Below, one piece after another: positions 46,801-64,000 of a stretch of DNA of 64,000 nucleotides. The notes beneath the pieces are model-generated. The model had not been told where the DNA came from and searched no databases. It worked only from the letters and a program-made list of their open reading frames with translations. The first letter of the stretch is position 1, and the number at the start of each line of letters is the position of its first letter. The position numbers and the translations under genes are program-made. Location: the NCBI GenBank assembly GCA_964270895.1, contig OZ185435.1; one strand, written 5' to 3'. This DNA comes from Podarcis filfolensis. Taxonomy: Eukaryota.

Positions 46801-48255
46801 ACGTTTCTGACTTCACAACCATCTGACTAATTGATCTATTGTTAAACATGACCTATATACAGTTGTTGTTTTTACTAACCCACCCCCCTTTTACCCAAAC
46901 AGGAGGAAAGGAAAATCTGGGTTAATTTTCTATTTCCCCTTAATTTCCAGATGCCTAGAATGAAACTTTGACCCTCCCTGTGCAAAATGTTGTAAGCAAA
47001 CCATCACCTCTTAGATTTCTTACTCTTCTGTGAACAACTTCCTCTGAACTTTGGACTCTCCTAAGCAGGAGGTGCCCTTGAAGCAAAAAAGAAACCATTG
47101 AAACCAAGTAAAAACCCAGAACAAAATGTCTGAAAGCCCTGTTTCTTCACAAAAAGTGAACAGAGCATTCTGTAAGGCTTTGTCAGAAGAGCTGCGGCTT
47201 GACAAAGTAGCAATGAGTGCCAGCTCCATGGTTGATCCCTGACCAACTTGCTCGACTGTTACTGGCTTTAGGTTGTAGCAACGCAATTCTCATATTATTT
47301 TCTTTACGCAACTTAGTATTCATGTAAGGTATTTCCCTAATGACCATTCATCGTGGCTGTGGACACCGTCATATTGCTGCCTATATTGTTGAGCAGTGTT
47401 TCTGCCTTTAATTTTATTTTTAAAGATTCAATCATAATTGACCTCTCACCTAGCACATGCCCTGTGTGACACATTGATTTATTAAATTTCTTTATATCTA
47501 GGCAGCTGCACTTGGAAAGGGCATCTGGGTGTAATCGGAGGGCCCTGCATTGTTCTGCAACTTGCTCATAATTGGTGCTCAATCCAAGGCTTTGTCACAA
47601 GTTATTTTAAGCCACCTGATAGCAGTAGCATTGCTCACGTACTCTTTCTCCTGTGCCCCTTCACACGCACACACACACACACACACACTTCTTTCCCTTA
47701 CCCTTTCCTAGCCAAAGCTTGTAACTACTTGGAAGTATTTAAAGACTTCCAGATCCTAGCTTAAGCTCTTCAAAAAGACACAGAAGACAAAGGGATACAA
47801 CTCATCCTGGTAAGTTATGATGATAAAGTGTCAAAAGGCTCCAATTATGTTTAATGAGGAGCACATTGAGCATTTTCCTTTTCATTGAGAGAATGTTTTT
47901 CCTATATCTCATTTAATTTACAAGCCAAGGTAGTGCTCTGTATTTTAAGTTTGCGGGGGCATGATGCTTTATGTGAAGCCGACATGTTGATTATTAACAT
48001 CTTTTTTTGGCTACTTCCAAACGTGTTGTGGTTCTCTGAATTTTTCTTCCAATAAATGAAAATCTATTTAGTACAGCACAACTAAAAATGTAATGCTGGC
48101 AAAAATTATGTTAAGAAGTGGCGGTTGGCATCTTGATATCCAAAAATTATGAATTATAGATTTTTAAAATACTCTTAGAAAGATGAACATTATGTGCTGT
48201 GCAGTGTCAGACCTCTGATACTGAATGAAACGTTTGCTGCTCCTGATACTAGCAC

Positions 48256-48323
48256 TAGTAGTAATTTGGAAACAATTATAATTTACTAGTAGTAGTAGTA
48301 ATTTGGAAACAATTATAATTTAC
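48256..48323. repeat. Tandem duplication of tagtagtaatttggaaacaattataatttac with (TAG) expansion
   Basis: Two exact 31-nt copies separated by extra TAG units. Confidence 0.85.
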
Positions 48324-49361
48324 GACAGCCAGATCTTCAGTTTTCATTATTAGATGGTGTTGTTTTAAACTGGAATCAGGCCTTAAGTTTCCTGATAGAG
48401 AACTGTGGGTGCACTAGGCATCTAATTATCTTAACCATCTTATGTCACAAGAAATAGTAATTCGGTTATTTTGCTCTAGCCGAAATCGTTTAAGAGTGAA
48501 GTTATATTTCTGTGTTTTTCTTCATAAAGAAATAAAGAAAATAGAAGTTTTTTGAAGACTATTTGTTCTTTAAAAGACTCTATGACAGTAGTGTTCCTAA
48601 GTCAATATTCCTTAAACTTGAAATCTTCAGTATCCAGTATCATCAAATGCATTCAACATTTATGTGAGAGAACAGGTTTAGTGTAATGCTCTTAGAAATG
48701 GCAGTATTGATAGTCCACAGCAGTTCTTCTATAGGTTTCCCAGTATTATGTTTTCTTTATAACTCATATCAGCTCAGATTATTTTGGGGTGGTTTTTTAT
48801 GCTTTAAGTGAGAAAGAATCAAAGCAACTCCTTTTGGTAATATATCAACACAAAATCTGCTCCATATTCTTTTTGACATTTAGAGGGTCATTTTTATGAA
48901 GGAAGGATAGAACTTGATAAATCTTTCGCTATTCGAAATCCTTTGACTCAGTTGTGGTTTTGTCTAGCACCACTGAGAGAAACTCAGCACAACTTTTATT
49001 TTGGGGGTGAGGTTGCTATAGTAAGAAAACAACTCTCCTGGCAAGGACTGGGTCAAGAACAACTTGACAAATGTTGATGTGATGTTCTAATGTCAAGTTA
49101 GCATTTGATCATCCAAGAAAATATGACTCAGAGACATCAAGAAAGCGCCATGAGCAAAGCAGATACCCACCTACTAGATTCTGCGGTACATCTGAAACAT
49201 GAGTTAATGAAGAGGACATTGTGCTTACTTTTTTGCCACCTGCCAAGCAGCTGTGATCATATCACCTCTCCATGCTCACAGAATATGGCCAAAGTACCAG
49301 TATTCATTTCCCCTTTTCTCTCTGAGCTTAATGACAGTCACCTAAGATAAAGTATCTAGAC

Positions 49362-49547
49362 CAGGAGTAGTCAACCTTTTTATACCTACCACCCACTAAT
49401 GCATCTTTCTTGATGGTAAAATTTCCTTACCTCAAACCAGTGCTTGATGGAAGGAGGATTCAGCTTGCGCGGTAGAACCCCCTACCACCCACCTAGCATC
49501 CTGAAACGCCCCCTAGTGGGCAGCAGGGACCAGGTTGACAACCCCTG
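49362..49547. mobile_element. hAT-type MITE
   Basis: TIR CAGGAGTAGTCAACC / GGTTGACAACCCCTG; degraded TSD. Confidence 0.7.
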
Positions 49548-49870
49548 AGCCAGACCCCTTTTCTCTCTTCCAGCCATTACCAAACCTAAGAGGTGATTGG
49601 TACTGTAAAAGCATGCAGCATGATGTGTGGTTCTGGATTAATTTCATTTTGACCTCTTAAATACAAAGGTTAGCATAACTAAATACATTGCCAGGTCCAG
49701 GTTTCAAGGAGCCTCTCTATACAAGATACTTTTACCAATCTCCTACTGAGCAAAGTTCCTCTGCTCAGGACCTTAACAGAGACACCTGCTAGATTGCTTT
49801 TACTATGTGAAATTCGTGCCTGGGCCCTACAACCAAGGTGAGGCAAATGATATTTCTATTAGGCCTTGCT

Positions 49871-50189
49871 TGCACCATACAATTAAAGCAGCATCACATC
49901 AGCTTAAACATTCAGACTTTCGGCATCTCCCAAAGAATCCTGGGAACTACAGTTAGTAAGAGCTGAGAGTTATTAGGAGGCATGTATTTCCCTCACAGAG
50001 CTACAATTTCCAGAGTTCTCCGGAAACAGGGATTGATCGTTAAGCCGCACTGAGAATTGCAGCTCTGTGAGGGGAATCGAGGTCTCCAAATGACTCTCAG
50101 CACACTTAACAAACTGCAGCTCTCATAGTTCTTTGTGGGAAGTCTTGACTGTTTAAAGAGGTATCGTACTGCTTTAAATGTATCCTGCA
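49871..50189. mobile_element. Long imperfect-palindrome MITE
   Basis: Ends tgcaccatacaattaaagcag / ctgctttaaatgtatcctgca; inner arms ccctcacagagctacaatt / aattgcagctctgtgagggg. Confidence 0.7.
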
Positions 50190-50214
50190 GATAGGGCCTC
50201 AAAGACATTCACCA

Positions 50215-50405
50215 ACTGTGAGAAGGTGAAATAACAGTGAGGGAGGCAGCATGCCTTTGAATACCAGCTCCTGGGCATCACAAGTGGGGAGAGTGCAGAT
50301 ATGCTCATGCCCTGCTTGTGAGCTTCTCATAGGTTGGCTACTGTGAGAACAGGATGCTGGACTAGATGGGCCTTTTGCCTGGCCCAGCAAGGCCTTCTTA
50401 GGTTC
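50215..50405 (+). mobile_element. CR1-type LINE 3' end
   Basis: aggatgctggactagatgggccttttgcctggcccagca…cttaggttct. Confidence 0.65.
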
Positions 50406-50704
50406 TGAATGTGCCAGTGCTGCGAAACAACACTTCAGAGTTGGAGATTTGGCCTGCGTTGCTAGCAATAGCACAGGTGATCAGCATCGGCCAATAGATA
50501 AGCATGCATGCTATGTAACTCTTTGGAGCAGATCAGCTTCTTATTTTGAGCTTGTTAGCGCTGATAATTAGATAACTGTAATTAAGAATGTCAAACATCT
50601 GTTAAAGGTCCTGCCACAGCTTGAGTACAGTGATGCAGAGACCTCTCATGACTGCAACATGTTGAAGAATCTGGTAATCACAGCAGTAATGGAACAGTAG
50701 AAAT

Positions 50705-50829
50705 TAGGGGCGTAGCCATGATTTTTGTTAGGGGGAAGCAGGCTTTTGTTACGGGGGGGGGTCCAGAACCTCAGATTTGTATTGATTTGGGGGAGCAGGT
50801 GCCCCCTGCCCTCCTTTGCTACGCCCATG
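50705..50829. mobile_element. hAT-type MITE
   Basis: TIR (T)AGGGGCGTAGC / GCTACGCCCAT(G); 8-bp TSD gtagaaat / gtagagat. Confidence 0.75.
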
Positions 50830-51349
50830 GTAGAGATAGTGGCTGTTGAACCTACTCAAAAGAAGACTATTAGGAGTGATCAAGCTATCCAAAGACTGTC
50901 CAGACTTAAAGACATGTTTATGTCTAGTGCATTTATATAAGTACGCATTTTAGAAAGCGTGTGTAAGTCTGTGGTAAGCTTTCTAATGTTAGAAGTGTCA
51001 CTCAAATTTATTTTTCGTTTTAATCTTAAAAAAAAAGAGGGAAAGGGGAAATGTAGTATAGTTGTTGTTTATTTATGAATAATTATTTATGAATACTCCT
51101 GCAGGACTGTAGTTTCCAGGAGAGAAACTGGAACTTTTCTGTAAGAGTTAGAAGAAGAAAATGGAAGCCAGGAAGTAGACCAGGGGGTTAAGAAGGAGCT
51201 GACAATTTCAGGACTATTACAACAGGCTACCCTGTGGCTCTCCCTTCATCATCAGCCATGCTGGCTGGGGCTGATGGGAGGTGGAGTCAAATAAGATTTG
51301 GAGGGCCACAGGTTAGCCACTCCTGTGGCACAGGAATAAGAGGTTAAAA

Positions 51350-51599
51350 TAGGGTTGCCATATTTCAAAAGTGAAAATCTGGGCACAAAAGTTGTTGAGC
51401 ATTGGGGGGGGGGGGGCAAAGTTGTTGGTCTTTTTTTGAAAATTCTCTCCCCCCCCCCCATGAAGTTTTTGCCTATTTTGGGGAAAACTTGCCAAAAAAT
51501 CAGCACTGCTGATATGGGCTGCCATTCCTCTCGGATACTCTTTTGTACGGATGAATCCCAGCTGTGTCCGGGAAATTCCGGATGTATGACAACTCACTA
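51350..51599. mobile_element. hAT-like MITE (TAGGGTTGCCATA family)
   Basis: Reverse-orientation relative of 36774-37014. Confidence 0.65.
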
Positions 51600-51639
51600 T
51601 TGAGAGAGATTTCATTGTTGGACAAACCTCAAAGAGACA

Positions 51640-51960
51640 CAACAGAAGGAAACTGCTCCATTATCTTACTCTTTTCACTGCTTACCTGCTCAGAGAGGAC
51701 AACTGAACAGGCAGTGAGATTGGCCCTGGGCTCTAGGATTATGCAAAGGAGAGGACCACTCTTCTCTGTTTATTTTCTCCACACCATGCATAATCCAATA
51801 AACCTCTGTAATGTGTCTTTCCTCCCCATTTCCCCCTAAACTATAAACCCCTAAATGTTTTAACCTCTCCTCATAGGTCATTTGCTCCAGCTACTTGATT
51901 ATTTGGGCTTTTCCTTTTTTACTTCTTTTCCAATCCTACAATATCATTTTTGAGCCGATA
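51640..51960 (-). mobile_element. CR1 LINE ORF2 C-terminal fragment
   Basis: Minus-strand TYEERLKHLGVYSL…EVYWIMHGVEKINREE, the characteristic CR1 YEERL…LGLFSL motif. Confidence 0.8.
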
Positions 51961-53471
51961 CACTTTCAAATGCTCTGCGCAGACGTGTGCATCGCTGTGC
52001 TGTAAAATCCAGCATGTGGGAATTCATTCTGCAGTCTGCCTTCATAACCAACCGTATCATATCAGAGACACGATGCCTGCGGGAAAGAATTCCTTTTAAC
52101 TTCCGTCGCTGAGCAACACCACATAGCAAGCTGTGATAAAATAGCATCTGCTCAGGGGGGAATAAGTGAGAAGACTGAGCTAAAGAAAGGAAAGGAGCTC
52201 AGCTAGAAACATAAGGTGGAAGAGAATATAGCTGCCTACTAGATAGGGTAGGCAAAAGAGGATACTGCTGTACATAGGGTGGTTTGGATGTATAGCTGAA
52301 AATTTAGGAGGAAAAAATGGAATAGAAATGTGATTCATTGCACTATGGTGGGAAAGACTCTGACCAGCTGAGCTGTGTGGCTGCTCACTCTGCTGTCCAA
52401 GTGCTGTTGATGGGCAGATTCAAGGTCCCTTCACTCTCTTATTTTTAATCTTTAAAAATCTTTAAAATATGACGCACAGCCACACTTGGGTCCAAATGTA
52501 GCTCTCCAGACCTCTTTGTCAGGCCCAGGCCACACCAATTACTGGTTTTGCTTCCCACCCCAAGTGTTTTTGCCCGGCTGGACTTTGTCCTCAACCTCTG
52601 ATAATGCCTCTTGCTTGCCTGGATGGAGGATAGAAAAGATAAAAATTGTATTTGTTATTACACTCACTTTTGCCTCTGACCCCACCCACCACTGCCAGGT
52701 GGTCCAGAAGAGAACTCAGCCCCCAGGCTGAAACTTTTCCCACCCCTGTTTTAAATCGATAGAGTTATCCTATACCATTACAATGGCATATTTCTCCTAG
52801 CAGTTTACTAGGGACTGGACTGCCAGGTATACCCTTATTCCTGATGAATAAACATGGTCAGGAGTACCCCCAATGTATCATTGCAAGAGTCAGTTCAAAT
52901 GTTTTAGGAATACAACTCTATCTCCTCTCACTCCTCCTGGGCTGAGTACGTGTAGTTAGGCAACATTTCCTTTTCAAAGGCAGAATCCTTCATGTCCCCT
53001 TAATAGGCACAGCATATTCCCACTATAATGTGGCAGAGCCATTACTTTATTCTCAATGTGGAGATGAATCCAAAAAGTTCAGCAGCGCCTTAATCTCTGA
53101 GGCAATTGCATGCAAGTGGAGTAAAAGAGAAATACTTGGAAAGAACAAACTGCAGTTTGAGAAGGCAGGTGTGAACACATCACAGGCTTTGATGAAACGG
53201 TAATTGGAGCAGCAAGAGATGTCAGCTGTGTACCCGGTTCAGAACTGGAGGGGATTTCTGTACCATTAATAGCTGCACAGAAGGCAACATTTCTTGGAGT
53301 GCATCTTTTTTAAAAAAGGCAGAGCTGAAAGTTAAGTTCAGCTTAAAATGTCTGTGCAAAATTGGCAGGAAAATTTGGGGAGCTTTGCAAATTAAGCCCC
53401 TATCCTATATGAAGTTTACAACAGGTCACTGAGATTGTTGGCAGTGGGGTATTGTTGTTGTTAGATTTTCC

Positions 53472-54232
53472 TCAAGGGCCGACATTGTTGCCAAAATCCA
53501 GCATCGCCTGGCCTCTGCGTGTGCAGCTTTCTCCACATTGAAGTGCAGTATGTTTGAGGACTGGGACATTTGCAGGGAAACCAAAATGCTTGTTTACAAA
53601 GCTATTGTACGACCAACCTTATTGTATGCTTGTGAAACGTCGACTCCAACTCCTTGAAAGATTCAATCAACAGTATCTTCGAAAGTTGGGAATACACATC
53701 ACTTGGGAATACTGGCAAACTAATGCCAGTGTACTGGAAAGATCACCAGGGTTGAAGCAATGATTCTTCAACATCAGCTTCATTGGACCGGTCATGTTGT
53801 ACAGATGCCTGATTATTGTCTTCCAAAGCAACTACTCTATTCCGAACTTAGAAATGGAAAGCATAATGCTGGTGGTCAACAAAAGAGGCTTAAAGACTCT
53901 CTCAAGGCAAATCTAAAAAAATGTAGTATAAACACCAACAATTGGGGAACACTGGCCTGTGAGCGCTCCAATTGGAGAACAGTCTTTACCAAAGGTGTCA
54001 TGGGCTTTGAAGATGCTCAAACTCAGGACGAGAGGGAGAAATGCGCTAAGAGGAAGGCACGCTTGGCAAACCCTCACCATGATCAACTCCCACCCAGAAG
54101 CCTATGTCCCCACTGTGGAAGGACATGTGGATCCAGAATTGGCCTCCACAGTCACTTACAGCCTCATTGTTAAAACCATGTTTATGGAAAACAATCTTAC
54201 TTGGCTACAAATGATCGCCAAAGAAGAAGAAG
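53472..54232 (+). mobile_element. 5'-truncated RTE (Bov-B-like) LINE
   Basis: ETKMLVYKAIVRPTLLYACET and QLHWTGHVVQMPDYCLPKQLLYSEL…GGQQKRLKDSLKANLK; (GAA)n tail; 21-bp TSD attgttgttgttagattttcc (53451-53471 and 54233-54253). Confidence 0.9.
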
Positions 54233-54559
54233 ATTGTTGTTGTTAGATTTTCCCACAGAAAGGTAAAATTCAGATTGGGGGGTGGGGGATATGGTCTGGC
54301 CTTTTGATGCCAGAAGGAGATTTGATGCAAGAGGAACACTGAATAAACACCCATCTGGAAGTCCCCAAAGTCTCAGGAAGGCATATCAGTTTCACAGTAG
54401 TGGTAGCAACCTCTGCTTGCCTTTCTTTTCTGCCGCTGCCACTAGAGGTGGTGGAGCTCCTCTGAGTGGTCACCCTCTAGGAGCCCACCATTGCTTCCCC
54501 CAGAATGCTCTAGAATAATGCCACATCATGACGTAGCTTCCTTCTAGGGGGCATTCTGA

Positions 54560-63708
<9,149 letters not shown>

Positions 63709-64000
63709 GCAAGTGTAGTTGTCGTGCCTCAAACCTAATTCAGACAAATTAACGTGCCTCCCTTGAAGACTTGTGGAGTTACCAAAAAAGCTTGTTTTCA
63801 GAGTGAAACTCCGCTGCCACTTGGTTTTCTTAAAGGTCCTTAAAGAAAGAAGCTGCCTCTACTGCTCACATTTGGGCTGCAATAGCACTGAGTTTCTACC
63901 AGAAACTGGAAATATTATTAAACCAAAGGGGAGGGGGTCAGGATGGGAATGCTAGCTTTATGAATTTTAGGTGCAAATTTTCACAGGATCAAATTTGTCT

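Overview
Vertebrate genomic DNA, most likely a lacertid-type lizard (inferred from Sauria SINEs and squamate-type L2, RTE and MITE repeats). Two protein-coding genes are well supported, both on the + strand and in the same tandem order as human 11p15.1. E2F8 has a CpG-island promoter at about 26.0-27.0 kb and a CDS at 28923-43293 (12 core coding exons, about 859 aa, plus two candidate extra in-frame exons). CSRP3 (muscle LIM protein) has its CDS from 54695, with four coding exons to 63708; its last exon lies beyond the window. The first 26 kb has no recognisable gene: it is a mix of SINEs, LINE fragments, DNA-transposon MITEs and repeat-poor blocks. The most unusual observations are: a perfect 27-bp-stem hairpin of pre-miRNA size (13555-13623); a 775-bp Tc1/mariner-type element carrying five 108-bp GC-rich twin-hairpin repeats (20474-21248); two extra E2F8 exons; an E2F8 N-terminal extension and apparent loss of two KEN degrons; a GC-AG intron in CSRP3; and several orphan exon-like segments. 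No rRNA, true tRNA or CRISPR array was seen. I cannot claim a new biological system from sequence alone. All repeat names and cross-species comparisons come from recalled knowledge, not database searches.
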